In this document: positions 9,438-20,000 of the stretch, piece by piece
How positions within the stretch are numbered: position 1 is the stretch's first letter
How the letters are laid out: each line of letters opens with the position of its first letter
IMG/VR virus record: IMGVR_UViG_3300043364_000002
Span: 34,419 to 98,418 of that record
Direction: 5' to 3' (one strand)
Length of the DNA stretch: 64,000 nucleotides
Source of the DNA: a virus
Lineage: Duplodnaviria; Caudoviricetes
The notes under the pieces: model-generated
The model's database searches: none
Told to the model about the DNA's origin: nothing
Seen by the model: the letters and a program-made list of their open reading frames with translations, nothing else
Made by a program: the position numbers and the translations under genes

Positions 9438-11726
9438 GTGGCCGATATACGGATCAAGGTGGGCGCGTCGCTCGACAGCGACTTGGCCAATGTATTCAAA
9501 CCGCTACGCGATGAAGCCCGCAAGGCGAGGCAACAGATCGCGAGCGAAGGTAAAGCGATCGATAAGCAGTCAGCGTCGAGCCAGCTGACGGTAGCGCGCG
9601 ACGTTTACCGCGAGCAGAGCAAGCTGAATCGCGAGACCTTCAAGTCGAAGGTTCAGCTGGAGCGTGATGCCGGCAAGCAGATGACGGACATCCAGCGCGA
9701 GCAGATTCGCGCTACGAATCGTCTGAAGCTGCAAGCGATTCAGGAGGCGGCGAAGGCAGAAAGAGACGCGGCGAAACAGACGGCGTCGCAAGAGACGGCT
9801 CTGGCTCGCCGAGTTGGCGCCGACATGGCCAAGGCTCACGGCGGCGGCATGGGTGGCAGCGGCGGCAGATTTGGTGGCGGCGGTGTCATTGGCTACATGG
9901 GCGGTCGGTCAATGGTCGGATCGTTCGGCTCGTCAATGAGTCGTTTAGGCCGCGGCGCGATGCACATGGCCGGCTCTGTAGCGAGCGGTATGGGTGTCGA
10001 CTTCGACGTGTCCAGCATCGTGCGGCGCAACGTTGATGTCGCGAAGAAGTCCCAGGAGATCGTCAACTCAGGCTACCAGAAGGGCGCCGCCGGGCCGGCT
10101 GGCGTAAGGCAGGATGCCGGCAAGATCGAAGACGAGTCCCGCAAGATAGGGACCCAGTGGGGTCTCATGCCGAGCAGTGTAGCGGATGCTCACAAGGCGT
10201 TCATCGGCGTCACTGGCGATCTGGCGACAAGCCGGGAGCTCATGGGCGAGCTTGCGAAGATGTCGGTCGCAACTGGGTCCAACATCGAAGATGTTGCGAA
10301 GGCAGCCGCGAAGGTTTCGGCGCAGATGCCGGACACTGCTGACAAGGGCAAGAAGGTGCTCGAGGTCATGCAGGCCGTTGCATCGCAAGGCAAACTCGGC
10401 GGCGCAGAGATGAGCACGACGGCCAAGCAGATGGCTGCTCTCGCCGCGGTGTCGAACAAGTTTTCTGGCGACTCCGCCAAGAACATGAAGATGATGGGCG
10501 TCCTCTACCAAGAGGCGATCCAGCGCGGCGGCGCCAAGGGCGAGGCGCAAGCCGCAACAAGCGTGATGTCGTTCGTCAACACGTTCTCGAAGCCGGCTCG
10601 CGTCAAGGCGATGGCAGCACTCATGCCTGGATACAACCCGCGCGACGCATCCGGCTTCCTGAAGAACCCAGAAGAAACGATCGTCAAGCTTCTGCGCGCG
10701 ACAGGCGGCAACGAAAACAAACTCAGCAAAGCCGTGATGGATGTCCGCGCGAAGTCGGCCATCGGCGGGTTCCAGACGGCGTTTCTGCGGGCGTCGGGTG
10801 GCAAGACGGACAAGGCGTCGCTCGACCTCGGAGAAAAGGCCGTGCGCGCGGAGTTTGAACGCCTTTCAGCATCGCTTATGGACAACGCCGAGCTCGAGAA
10901 AGAAGCCGGCGACCGTATGAAGGACACGGACAAGCGCGCGCAGCAGTTTCAAAATCGACTCGACGAGGTTGGCAAGAGCGTTCAGACAGCTCTTCTTCCC
11001 TCTCTTGAGGCAGTAGCACCGAAGCTCATCGGCATAGCCGAGTCATTCGGCAAAATAATCGAGTGGGCCGCAACGAACCCATGGCAAGCCGTTGTCGCTG
11101 CGCTTGGCGTAAGTGCTGCCAAGGCGTTGATGACGGAAACGTTCGCTAGGGCCCTGATGGGCGGCATGGGCGGCGGCCGCGGTGGTGGAGGCGGAGGAGT
11201 TGGCGGCATTGGTGGCGGTGGTGTCATGGGCGCCATTGGCCTAGGTGGCGCAATCGGCACTGGTGTGGCCGCGTACATCACGGCCGAGGGTATCGGCGGC
11301 TGGGAGTCGAACAAGAAGGAACTAGGCGGCCTCACGAGCGGGCTTGCCAAGATGACGCCGGAGCAGCGCAAGGCGGCGCTCCCTGGCGCAGTGGCGAAGT
11401 TCAACGAGCTATCAGAAAAACGCAGCACCCTCGACAAGGTGACGGGGTTTTCCGACGCTGAGTTCAAGGGCGCGAAAGAATACCTAGTCCAGCAGCTCAA
11501 GGCGATGGGGCTCGACAAGGGGCTTACCGCGCAACAGGCTGCCGCCGATCATCTGGCGACCGTGAGCCGCCTTCTGGGCGAGACGCTCAAGGTAGAAATC
11601 ATGAATATGCCAGGCGGCATGGCTGGCCCGCCGGCGCTGCCAGGCAACGGCGTTGATAACCCTGTGCCTGGGCCGTGGAGTCCGGCGCCTAAGATCATGT
11701 TCGGAGCGCCAGGCAGCTCACTCTAG
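9438..11726 (+). CDS. Tape measure protein
   Basis: 762 aa, Ala/Gly/Lys-rich helical protein with poly-Gly and hydrophobic segments. Confidence 0.85.
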   Translation: MADIRIKVGASLDSDLANVFKPLRDEARKARQQIASEGKAIDKQSASSQLTVARDVYREQSKLNRETFKSKVQLERDAGKQMTDIQREQIRATNRLKLQAIQEAAKAERDAAKQTASQETALARRVGADMAKAHGGGMGGSGGRFGGGGVIGYMGGRSMVGSFGSSMSRLGRGAMHMAGSVASGMGVDFDVSSIVRRNVDVAKKSQEIVNSGYQKGAAGPAGVRQDAGKIEDESRKIGTQWGLMPSSVADAHKAFIGVTGDLATSRELMGELAKMSVATGSNIEDVAKAAAKVSAQMPDTADKGKKVLEVMQAVASQGKLGGAEMSTTAKQMAALAAVSNKFSGDSAKNMKMMGVLYQEAIQRGGAKGEAQAATSVMSFVNTFSKPARVKAMAALMPGYNPRDASGFLKNPEETIVKLLRATGGNENKLSKAVMDVRAKSAIGGFQTAFLRASGGKTDKASLDLGEKAVRAEFERLSASLMDNAELEKEAGDRMKDTDKRAQQFQNRLDEVGKSVQTALLPSLEAVAPKLIGIAESFGKIIEWAATNPWQAVVAALGVSAAKALMTETFARALMGGMGGGRGGGGGGVGGIGGGGVMGAIGLGGAIGTGVAAYITAEGIGGWESNKKELGGLTSGLAKMTPEQRKAALPGAVAKFNELSEKRSTLDKVTGFSDAEFKGAKEYLVQQLKAMGLDKGLTAQQAAADHLATVSRLLGETLKVEIMNMPGGMAGPPALPGNGVDNPVPGPWSPAPKIMFGAPGSSL

Positions 11727-11732
11727 TCGCCC

Positions 11733-12650
11733 ATGTCCGCATTCGACAACTTCCCCACGGCTGCCTTCGACGGAATCGAGTTCCCCTACGAGGAGCGCAC
11801 GATCCGCGGCGCCATCCGCGAGCACCAGCACAAGTACCCTCACACGCCAGGCGCGGCGCTCGAAACGCTTGGCCGCGAGCTCTACGTCATCACGTTCCGC
11901 TGCAACTTCTCCGACACGTACAAGCTCTACCCGAACCTTTACCCGATTTCGCTGGAGTCGCTGCGAAGCCGGTTTGAGCGGGAGATCCGCGCCGATCTCG
12001 ACGTGCCCGGACTGGGTACCATCACGGCCGTCTGCACGGCGTGGGACTCAAGTGCGACGCCGAAGGAATCACGCTCCGGCGAGAAGGTGAGCCTTACGTT
12101 TCTCGAGGACATCGAGGACGCGTTTCTCATCAACAACCTCATCGGCATCTCGACGCAGAGCCTCGCCGCGTCGCAAAAAGAGTGGGCGCTCAACGTCAAC
12201 AAGGTCCGCGCAGACTTCGCCAAAGAGAAGGCGCTGCCGTTCTTCGACGCCATCACGGACGCCGTGAACAGTGTTCTTGCTGTCGTCGACACGGTCGAGG
12301 CGTACGGCAACCTGCTCGAAGCCAAGATTCTCGCCGCCGCGCAGCTCATCTACCAGGCCGACAGGCGCGTGCGCTACCTGAACGACCCAACGAATGCCGA
12401 GGTGCTGCAGGCTCTGCTTCAGCTTTGGGATTCGCTCAAGACGCTGAACGATGATCTCGATAAGACAGGCGGCGGACTAGTCGACTTTCTTGTTGAGCGC
12501 ACGATGAGCGTCATCGAGCTATCGCAGGCCATCTACAACGGCGACGGCACGAGAGCGGTGGAACTGATGCAGCTGAACGCTCTGCCGGACCCGTACATGG
12601 TACCGCCAGGCTTCCGCATTCGTTACTACCAAGTGCTGAAGGCCGCCTGA
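11733..12650 (+). CDS. Mu gpN-like DNA circularization / tube initiator protein
   Basis: AAFDGIEF...HKYPH...ETLGR N-terminus and LysM-like C-terminus (IYNGDGTRAVELMQLNALPDP). Confidence 0.8.
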   Translation: MSAFDNFPTAAFDGIEFPYEERTIRGAIREHQHKYPHTPGAALETLGRELYVITFRCNFSDTYKLYPNLYPISLESLRSRFEREIRADLDVPGLGTITAVCTAWDSSATPKESRSGEKVSLTFLEDIEDAFLINNLIGISTQSLAASQKEWALNVNKVRADFAKEKALPFFDAITDAVNSVLAVVDTVEAYGNLLEAKILAAAQLIYQADRRVRYLNDPTNAEVLQALLQLWDSLKTLNDDLDKTGGGLVDFLVERTMSVIELSQAIYNGDGTRAVELMQLNALPDPYMVPPGFRIRYYQVLKAA

Positions 12651-12657
12651 CGGCTCG

Positions 12658-13935
12658 ATGCCAGCCTACAATCCAGGCGCAGGCAATGACGCCGTAAGTA
12701 TCAAGTTCGGCGGACAAGAGTCGCGGATCTTCACCAGCTACACGGTCAGAAAATCCATTCTGACGCAACCTTCGCAATTCACCGTGCGGTTAGGCCACGG
12801 TGAGATGACGCAGGCCGCCAGCGCGCGTGCCGCTGGATCGTCCACGCGGCCATCTTCCGCGGAGTCGTTCACGGACCAGCGTCGCGGCGAGACCGTCAAC
12901 GAGATCCTGAAGAAGATCCCGCCGGAGACACCGTTTGAGCTCTACATCAACAACACGCTGCAGCAGACCGGTACCACCGATGGCTACCGCGCCAACGGGT
13001 TCGCTACCGAGGTCGAGATCTTCGGCCGCGACAACCTCAAGTTCATCCACGATCCGTACCTGACGGCCGACATCGCGTTCGCGAACGACACCTACACGTC
13101 GCTGACCGAAAAGGTCATCAAGCTCCTCAGCATCAACCAGCGACTTTCGACGTCTGATGAGGCCAACCTCAAGCTGACGACGGGCGTTGGCATTCAGGAC
13201 TACGTCAATCCGGTCACGGTCGACGAGATCGAACCGTTCACCGATTCGGTCGCTGGTACGCCAGGAAACAAGCAGGTCAAGCGTTCGATCACGGCCAAGC
13301 TCGGAGAAACGTACATGGCGTTTTTGCAGCGCCAATACCGTCGAGCGGGGATCTTTCTGTGGGCCGCTGGCGACGGCTCGTACGTTCTGTCAGAACCAGC
13401 GTTCGACCAGAGTCCGACGTATCGTCTCTTCCGCAAGCGCGGGACCGTACGCAACGCCGTCAACATCACGGCCCACGACTTCAAGCACGACACGACGCGT
13501 CGTTACACGATTGCCGCCGTCTATGGGCGTGGAGGGCGTGGGAAGTTTGGCCGCGCGAAGGTAGCTGGAGCGTTCGTTGACGAGTACATGGTCAACCTGC
13601 TTGGCAATCAAGACAAGCGGCCGATCACATTCCGCGACGTCAACGTCACGACGACGCAGCAGGCCGAATTCTACGCGCGGCGTAAGCTCGCTGAGTTGAA
13701 CCGGTCCGCCTACCATTTGCAGTACACGGTGCCTGGGCACGTAGCTCCGAACATCCGCACTGGACTCGATTCGACATGGGCGCCCAACACCGTAGTTGAA
13801 GTGCAGGACGATGAGCTTGGGTTTCACCGCACTTTCTACCTCGAAGAGGTCGTGTTCAGCCGCCCGCCTACGCAGACGACGCTGACGCTCATACCAGAGG
13901 AATTCATGATCTTCGCGAGCGACGAGGGCGACTGA
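12658..13935 (+). CDS. Baseplate hub (Mu gpP/gp44-like)
   Basis: AKLGETYMAFL and WAPNTVVEVQDDELG motifs, gene order. Confidence 0.8.
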   Translation: MPAYNPGAGNDAVSIKFGGQESRIFTSYTVRKSILTQPSQFTVRLGHGEMTQAASARAAGSSTRPSSAESFTDQRRGETVNEILKKIPPETPFELYINNTLQQTGTTDGYRANGFATEVEIFGRDNLKFIHDPYLTADIAFANDTYTSLTEKVIKLLSINQRLSTSDEANLKLTTGVGIQDYVNPVTVDEIEPFTDSVAGTPGNKQVKRSITAKLGETYMAFLQRQYRRAGIFLWAAGDGSYVLSEPAFDQSPTYRLFRKRGTVRNAVNITAHDFKHDTTRRYTIAAVYGRGGRGKFGRAKVAGAFVDEYMVNLLGNQDKRPITFRDVNVTTTQQAEFYARRKLAELNRSAYHLQYTVPGHVAPNIRTGLDSTWAPNTVVEVQDDELGFHRTFYLEEVVFSRPPTQTTLTLIPEEFMIFASDEGD

Positions 13936-14774
13936 TGCCTGGTTTTGACTGGGACCTAGGGACCGCCGTCTCCAGCGAATACGACGCAGATGGTTTCCTG
14001 TATGTGGCCTTTGACAGCTATGGCGAGAAGAATTCCGGCGTTCCACCGGCCGAGCTGCATTCGGCCTATGGGTTTCTATCCCGTTCGCTCGATCCAGACG
14101 TCGACCCAGAGGGCAATCCGACTCTAGGTTGCAATCTGTGGCGGGCGTTCGAGGGGAACGTGCCGCACTCTCTATTCGCGCAAGATCCGCGCGTGATGTT
14201 GAAGTTGCCTCAGCTCAAAAAAGGCGAGGCGATGTTTCACGGTGCCGCAAGCAACTTCATCCGCTGCAAGGAAGATGGCAGCGTCGTCACGATGGCGACG
14301 TCCGACGGCACCTCGACCGGGCAGACCATCTTTCATCGCATCGGCCCAACCGACGACATGATCTTCGCCCCGTGGGGCAAGCGAACATTTGACGCCAACG
14401 GATATCATCTTTTCACGCGTAGCGGCGCGCGCCTCGACATGGGCGGCATTGGAGGTTTGCCGTCTCCGCTGAGTTCACTCGGCTCATACGCGACGCTTTC
14501 GGCGAAGATCCTAAGGCTCGATGGGACGATTGTAGCGATTGGGCCTTCTGGCGCACCGGCGGACGCCGTTGCCAAGGCTACGCCTGTATTGACGGCGCTC
14601 GCGGCGCTCAACTCTGTACTCGCGGCGCTAGTGACGCCAGGGGCTTACGTTTCTGCGGCACCAGGCTCTCCGGCTGTACCGGGGCCAGGTCTTATTGCCG
14701 CCGTCGCTGCTGCGGAGGCAACGCTTGCAGCGGCCCCCGGGCTAGTCCCATCCAATAGCGCGACGGTGACCTGA
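13935..14774 (+). CDS. Baseplate spike (Mu gp45-like)
   Basis: YGFLSR and DPR...LKKGEAMFH motifs, gene order. Confidence 0.7.
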   Translation: MPGFDWDLGTAVSSEYDADGFLYVAFDSYGEKNSGVPPAELHSAYGFLSRSLDPDVDPEGNPTLGCNLWRAFEGNVPHSLFAQDPRVMLKLPQLKKGEAMFHGAASNFIRCKEDGSVVTMATSDGTSTGQTIFHRIGPTDDMIFAPWGKRTFDANGYHLFTRSGARLDMGGIGGLPSPLSSLGSYATLSAKILRLDGTIVAIGPSGAPADAVAKATPVLTALAALNSVLAALVTPGAYVSAAPGSPAVPGPGLIAAVAAAEATLAAAPGLVPSNSATVT

Positions 14775-15052
14775 TGCCGTGCGTATCGGCGCCCATCCCG
14801 CCGCTACCGCCTAGCCCATTCCCTTTCTCTGTGCCGGCATTCCCGGCGCCTCCGGTTCCTTCGCAGCCGCAGCTCTGCTGCCAGATGCCGGACATCGCGC
14901 AGATGATTCTCGATGCCTTACCGCCCTTCCCGTTCCCGCCAGGAACGATCAATCCAGCAGTCGTGGCCGTAGTAGTCACGACCATGCAAGAGGGGCTGAC
15001 GGCCGTGCAGGTGTACCTGGACGGTCTGATCCCGGAGTGTCCAAAGGAATGA
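14774..15052 (+). CDS. Small Pro/Cys-rich protein, possible spike tip
   Basis: Translationally coupled to the spike gene, 4 Cys. Confidence 0.4.
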   Translation: MPCVSAPIPPLPPSPFPFSVPAFPAPPVPSQPQLCCQMPDIAQMILDALPPFPFPPGTINPAVVAVVVTTMQEGLTAVQVYLDGLIPECPKE

Positions 15053-15053
15053 A

Positions 15054-15518
15054 ATGACCACAGGCGCTGGCGCATTCGGCGCAGGACTCGGCTCCGGCGG
15101 CTTCGACCCCGTTCTCGACGCGAGCAACAGCAACGCGTCCACGCCTCCTTCCGCGCTCCTCTTCGACCCCAACACGCGCGACTTCCGCCTCGGCGCCGAT
15201 GGGCGGTTCGTTGCCGTCCACCCCGTTGACCAATGGGTGGCGCTGCAGCTCTGGCTTCGCAAAGGCTCCGTCGGTAGCGCGCCTGGCGCCGGATGCGATC
15301 TGCGCAACCTATCGCGGCAAGGCGGACAAGGCTACGTCGCCAAAATCCAGGACATGTGCCGCCATTCGCTGCGCGCCATGATCGACAACGGCTCCATCCG
15401 CGTCATCAGCATCGCCGTGCAGACGCCGAGTCGCGGGCAAACCTTCGTGCAGGTCACCTACGTGAATCTCAAACTCGCAAGCCCGCAGACGCCGCAAACC
15501 GCTGGGGCATTCCTATAG
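15054..15518 (+). CDS. Baseplate wedge protein (Mu gp46/gp25-like)
   Basis: Size and gene order, LRKGS..APGAG and LRAMIDNG motifs. Confidence 0.65.
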   Translation: MTTGAGAFGAGLGSGGFDPVLDASNSNASTPPSALLFDPNTRDFRLGADGRFVAVHPVDQWVALQLWLRKGSVGSAPGAGCDLRNLSRQGGQGYVAKIQDMCRHSLRAMIDNGSIRVISIAVQTPSRGQTFVQVTYVNLKLASPQTPQTAGAFL

Positions 15519-15521
15519 CCC

Positions 15522-16103
15522 ATGGCTAATCTTCGATGCATTCAGGGCGCTACGACGGTGAACGGATCGGCCGCCAACTCTACGACGCAAGTCGGTCTCA
15601 TGATCGACCAGATCGTGACGTCGAGTATCCAGGGCGTCACGCCTAGCTCGTACCTGTGGGCGCTGGCTGTGCCGGCGCTCAGCGAAGGCGTGGAACTCTC
15701 GGCCGTCGACGACGTGGCGCCGACGTGGACGCCTGATGTTGCGGGCGATTACCTTCTCACGCTGAACGGTACCTACACGCTGCCGCTCAACGTTGGCACG
15801 ACGGAGCCGAACGTCTACGGTGGGCCCGTCGTGCCTGCATTCTTGCTCGCGGCGCAGGCGCCCGTGCCGGCGCAGGGCGTTGGCATCATCTCGGACTCGG
15901 CCAACGCTGGGTCGTTACTGACGACCGACGCGGCAGGCAACCAAGCGCCTGTCGCGATCGTGCGATCGGGGACGACTGGCGCTCGGCCGACATCGCCGGC
16001 CATTGGGCTCTACGTCGGTTTTCAGTACTGGGACTCGACGCTATCGAAGCCAGTCTATTGGAACGGGACCGTCTGGAAAGACGCAACGGGGGCCACCGTT
16101 TAG
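15522..16103 (+). CDS. Ig/PKD-like virion protein with C-terminal fibre-type motif
   Basis: TWTPDVAGDYLLTL PKD-like segment and SGTTGARP...GFQYWDSTLSKPVYWNGTVWKDATG tail. Confidence 0.55.
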   Translation: MANLRCIQGATTVNGSAANSTTQVGLMIDQIVTSSIQGVTPSSYLWALAVPALSEGVELSAVDDVAPTWTPDVAGDYLLTLNGTYTLPLNVGTTEPNVYGGPVVPAFLLAAQAPVPAQGVGIISDSANAGSLLTTDAAGNQAPVAIVRSGTTGARPTSPAIGLYVGFQYWDSTLSKPVYWNGTVWKDATGATV

Positions 16104-17612
16104 ATGCCGATCACTGGGTCGCCTGGCACGCTCATCATCCCGTCACGCGATGAGACGCGGGAGCTCTACCTAAGAAGCTTCCGCGTCCGTAACCCGTCCG
16201 CGCTGACGACCGAAAACACGTTTCCATGGATCGACGCCTCGTGTCAGGCCGATCTGATGCAGGTGCTTTACCGCGACGCTGTCGTGACGAATGCCGGCAT
16301 CCTGTTGTCAACGGCAACAGGCGCCGCGGTCGATCAGCGCCTAGCCGACCTTGGACTTTCGCGCCTTTCGTCCGTTGGATCGTCTGGCTACGTGTTTTGC
16401 GATGCCTCCGTTGGCGGAACAACCATCTTCCAGGGCGACGAGCTCAAGCAGCTCAGCACGGGCCTTCGGTTTCAGTGCAGCGTAACGGCTCTCTATCTCG
16501 ACGGCGACGAGATTCCGATCGCCGGCATCGACATCGGCGAGCAGACGAACGTTGACGGCGGTACCATTCTCACGTGGTCGGCTCCGCGACCCGGCTGCGG
16601 GTCGACCGCTACCGTCGTTACACAGGCTGATGGCGAATCAGGTCTGACGGGCGGCCACGGCATCGAGGGCGACGACGACGCCATCAAGCGCGCGATCTCG
16701 ATCCGCGCCAACCCGCCAGCGAGCGGAAACGACGCCGAGTACCAGGCCGACGTAGCCGACACGCCCGCGATCGCGATCCAGCAAGCCTTCACGTACCCGT
16801 GTATCCGCGGCCCGGGGACGATGGGCGTCTGTTTCACCATCCGCAACACGACTCCCGGCGCGAGCCGCATCCCGAACGGGGCGCAGATCTCGTCAGCGCT
16901 CGCCAACCTCGTCGGGCAAATGCCCGCCGACGATCAGATCTTCATCGGCATCATCTCGGCGATCAATCTCGACATCGTTTTCAAGGTGACGTGGGCGGTG
17001 GGGTCGCCTTCGTGGACCGACGCGGCGCCATGGCCGGCGTACTACGCGCCCGCCGGGCAGGCGATCATCGTGCAGGCCGCGACGGACGCGACCAACTTCA
17101 TCCTCAAGTGTCAAAACAACGTCTACACGGCCGTTGCGCAGCCTGCGGTGGGGCAAACTTTCGGGTTTTATGACGGTCCCGCGCGCGTGTTCCGGCGCAA
17201 GAAGGTCCTGTCGTTCACCGGAACGGGGCCGTGGACGATCGTCTGCGACACGGCCAATGCTGCTAGCGACACAAGCTACGTGCCGATCGTGGGGCAGCGC
17301 GCGTCGCCGTGGTCCGACTCTCTCGACAATATACCGCCGGCCGTCGTCAGCTATTGCGATGGTCTTGGACCTGGCGAACAGGTGGCATCTTTTTTCGACG
17401 CCGGACTTCGAATGCGGCGCAGCCCAGTGTCGCCAGGCAGCTACCCGCATCAAATCAGCAACCGCATCGTGACACCAGTGCTTGACCTGGACGCCATCCA
17501 GGATGCCGAGCTCATTGAGCCAACGGTCCCGCACAGCACCACGGTCGGAACGCCAGGCGTCAACTCCTACATGCAAGTCCTTCGCTACCTCGACGTGTTC
17601 CCGCAGCCATGA
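16104..17612 (+). CDS. Baseplate J-like protein (Mu gp47)
   Basis: LSTATGAAVD, LTGGHGIEGDD, PPASGNDAEY and RGPGT motifs. Confidence 0.88.
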   Translation: MPITGSPGTLIIPSRDETRELYLRSFRVRNPSALTTENTFPWIDASCQADLMQVLYRDAVVTNAGILLSTATGAAVDQRLADLGLSRLSSVGSSGYVFCDASVGGTTIFQGDELKQLSTGLRFQCSVTALYLDGDEIPIAGIDIGEQTNVDGGTILTWSAPRPGCGSTATVVTQADGESGLTGGHGIEGDDDAIKRAISIRANPPASGNDAEYQADVADTPAIAIQQAFTYPCIRGPGTMGVCFTIRNTTPGASRIPNGAQISSALANLVGQMPADDQIFIGIISAINLDIVFKVTWAVGSPSWTDAAPWPAYYAPAGQAIIVQAATDATNFILKCQNNVYTAVAQPAVGQTFGFYDGPARVFRRKKVLSFTGTGPWTIVCDTANAASDTSYVPIVGQRASPWSDSLDNIPPAVVSYCDGLGPGEQVASFFDAGLRMRRSPVSPGSYPHQISNRIVTPVLDLDAIQDAELIEPTVPHSTTVGTPGVNSYMQVLRYLDVFPQP

Positions 17613-18097
17613 CGATACCTACCGTATCCGCCTTCGAGATTGTCGGTGCTCCGCGCCGGCCAGGGCTCGCCGACGTCGGCGGCGCAGCATTCATCGATGA
17701 CGCCACGGATCCGCCCGATCCGCAGACGATGCCGTCGGCTGCGATGGAGAACCAGAACGAGTTTCTGGCCGTTGCCTTCGGCATGATGATTCCGGTGGCG
17801 CGGTTTACCGTGACATGGAACGGCGCCGCCTACGTGCTCACGTCGTACCAGTGCGTCAGCACGCTCGTCAGCACGGGCACGTTCACGGTCACGCGCAATT
17901 CGGTCGGCAACATCTCGATCACGTGGGCAGCCAATACGCTTCCGGCGTCGGCTGGGCAGCCAACAACCTCGTTTACACTCGCGGCGCTACTCAACAATGC
18001 GACGATCGGGTCGAGGAACATCACGAACGGCGTGCAGACATTTATCACTGCCGGCGGCGCAGGATCCGACCAAAGCTACACGGTCGAGGTGCACTGA
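17609..18097 (+). CDS. Hypothetical baseplate/fibre protein
   Basis: Coupled ORF with beta-rich C-terminus. Confidence 0.5.
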   Translation: MTIPTVSAFEIVGAPRRPGLADVGGAAFIDDATDPPDPQTMPSAAMENQNEFLAVAFGMMIPVARFTVTWNGAAYVLTSYQCVSTLVSTGTFTVTRNSVGNISITWAANTLPASAGQPTTSFTLAALLNNATIGSRNITNGVQTFITAGGAGSDQSYTVEVH

Positions 18098-18098
18098 G

Positions 18099-19070
18099 GT
18101 GCCGAAATACAGCTCGTTCACGCCGTTCGGCGCGCTCACATTCAGCTCGAAGCCGTCGCGCGTGCAGACGATCTACGAAGCGAACAAGGCGAATCTCAAT
18201 CCGAAGGACAACGAGAACTTCGACCTCTCGCCCGGGACCAACGTCGAGTCGATGATCTACGCGCGGTCCCGCGTGCAGGCGGCGGCCAGGTATGCGCTCG
18301 AACGAGCGTACAACAACGCGAACCCGCTGAAGGCGACCGAAACGCTGCCGGTGCTCGAGAAGGAATACGGTCTCGTTCCGGCGCCGACCGATAGGCTTTC
18401 GCAGCGCCGAGCTGCTCTTGCGGCTCGCATGCTCCTTCCTGGCGGCGCCATCTATACGAACGTCACGAACGCCCTCTTGACGCTTCTCGGCACAGATTTC
18501 AAGTACTACCGCGTCACGAAAGCGGTAGAGGCGATCAACTTTCCGACCATTGGCGGCGATTCACCGGGCAACTTTGCCTCCGCGCAGACCGTCATCAAGA
18601 ACTACCTCGTCACCAGCACGGTATCTGTAGGACTCGGCTCGCCTCAGGTCGTCAACTACGTCCCGTTCAACACGGCAACCGCCATATCGCTTCTCAACGG
18701 CGACACGCTGGTCGTGTACCCGGAAAACATCGACCTCGCCGAGCGCGTCGTCGTCTCAAACGTGACGAGCTCAACGTTTCTCGCCACGTTCAACAACGCG
18801 CACGATCCAAACGTCATCGCGACCACGCAACCGTTTCCATACTGGGTCTCGTCGCAACGCTTCTCGCTCGTTATCGTCACGCGTGCGTGCGCGGAGAACT
18901 TCGACAAGAGACGCCAGATCAACGAGCTCATGGCGCGCATCGCGCGCGGCGTGAGCTCTTGGGCCATCGTGCCCGACCTTGACGGCTCGCACACGGCGCC
19001 ATTCACGGTAGAAGACCCCATCTATGGGCGCGTCGGGTACGCCGGTATCACTTCGGTTGCGTACCCTTAA
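18099..19070 (+). CDS. Baseplate protein (Mu gp48/YmfQ-like)
   Basis: GTG start at 18099, P.KATETLPVLEKEYGL...QRRAALAAR motif. Confidence 0.75.
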   Translation: MPKYSSFTPFGALTFSSKPSRVQTIYEANKANLNPKDNENFDLSPGTNVESMIYARSRVQAAARYALERAYNNANPLKATETLPVLEKEYGLVPAPTDRLSQRRAALAARMLLPGGAIYTNVTNALLTLLGTDFKYYRVTKAVEAINFPTIGGDSPGNFASAQTVIKNYLVTSTVSVGLGSPQVVNYVPFNTATAISLLNGDTLVVYPENIDLAERVVVSNVTSSTFLATFNNAHDPNVIATTQPFPYWVSSQRFSLVIVTRACAENFDKRRQINELMARIARGVSSWAIVPDLDGSHTAPFTVEDPIYGRVGYAGITSVAYP

Positions 19071-19079
19071 GGATAAATT

Positions 19080-20000
19080 TTGGCGCATAACGCGAGAATT
19101 CACACAGCCGTAACGGGTTGGCCGCCCGGCTACGTCGTCACGCAAGCCGACTGGCTTACGATCGACACGCTCCTATTTCAAGCCGCAAACTTCGATCTCG
19201 GCGGCACGTGGGCGCCCGCATCCGTCATTACGATTGGCGGCGCAGGCGTGGTCCTCACGGCCAAGACGACGTTCGACGGTGACACCGAGTTCAACGCGCA
19301 GAACCAGTTCGACGACATCGTCGTATTCAGCGGAACGAGCTTCGTCACTGCCTCAGGCAACGTTGTGTGCGATGCAGCTTCGACGGTTGAATTCCAGAGT
19401 GGGTTTACCGTATCGACAGGCGACATCGTCGTCACGGCCGGCGACGTCACCGTCACTGCTGGTAGCGTTGCCATCACAGCTGGCGGGCTCACAGTTGGCG
19501 GCGCGACCATCGTGCAAGGATTCACTGCGCTTGGCGCAACGTCGCTCGCTGCGGCGACAGCCGTGTCACTCGGCGTCGCCAGCGTGATCGTGCTCGACGC
19601 GACGACGCTGAGCACGACGAGCGCCGTTACGGCGGCGTTCGCTGGACCTGTAAACGTCAGCAACACGCTGACGATGGCGAGCGCGGCGATCACGTTTTCC
19701 GGCACGGGCCGCATATTGCAGCGCTTTCATACGCTGCCTGACGCTGACGCGACGGTCACAATTGCTGATGGAAACTATTTCATCATCCCCGCGCTCGGCG
19801 CGCTGCGCACCTATACGATGTCGACGACGGGAGCACTGGCCGGCGACATCGTTACATTTTCGGCATACGCCAACACTGGCGCAAACGCCGGCTTCGTTGG
19901 CGCGTGGGGCCTGGTCAATACAACCGGGCAAGTTGCTGAAGCCTCGTTCTATTTTAGCGGCGGATCGTGGCTCACTTTGAGCACGTCGCTAATTTCCTAA
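19080..20000 (+). CDS. Tail fibre protein
   Basis: Follows the gp48-like gene, VTAGD/VTAGS beta repeats. Confidence 0.6.
   Translation: MAHNARIHTAVTGWPPGYVVTQADWLTIDTLLFQAANFDLGGTWAPASVITIGGAGVVLTAKTTFDGDTEFNAQNQFDDIVVFSGTSFVTASGNVVCDAASTVEFQSGFTVSTGDIVVTAGDVTVTAGSVAITAGGLTVGGATIVQGFTALGATSLAAATAVSLGVASVIVLDATTLSTTSAVTAAFAGPVNVSNTLTMASAAITFSGTGRILQRFHTLPDADATVTIADGNYFIIPALGALRTYTMSTTGALAGDIVTFSAYANTGANAGFVGAWGLVNTTGQVAEASFYFSGGSWLTLSTSLIS

Noticed and set aside
1-20000. Transposable (Mu-type) phage or contractile injection system
   Set aside because: Capsid genes, a tyrosine integrase and attP are present, and no transposase is seen.
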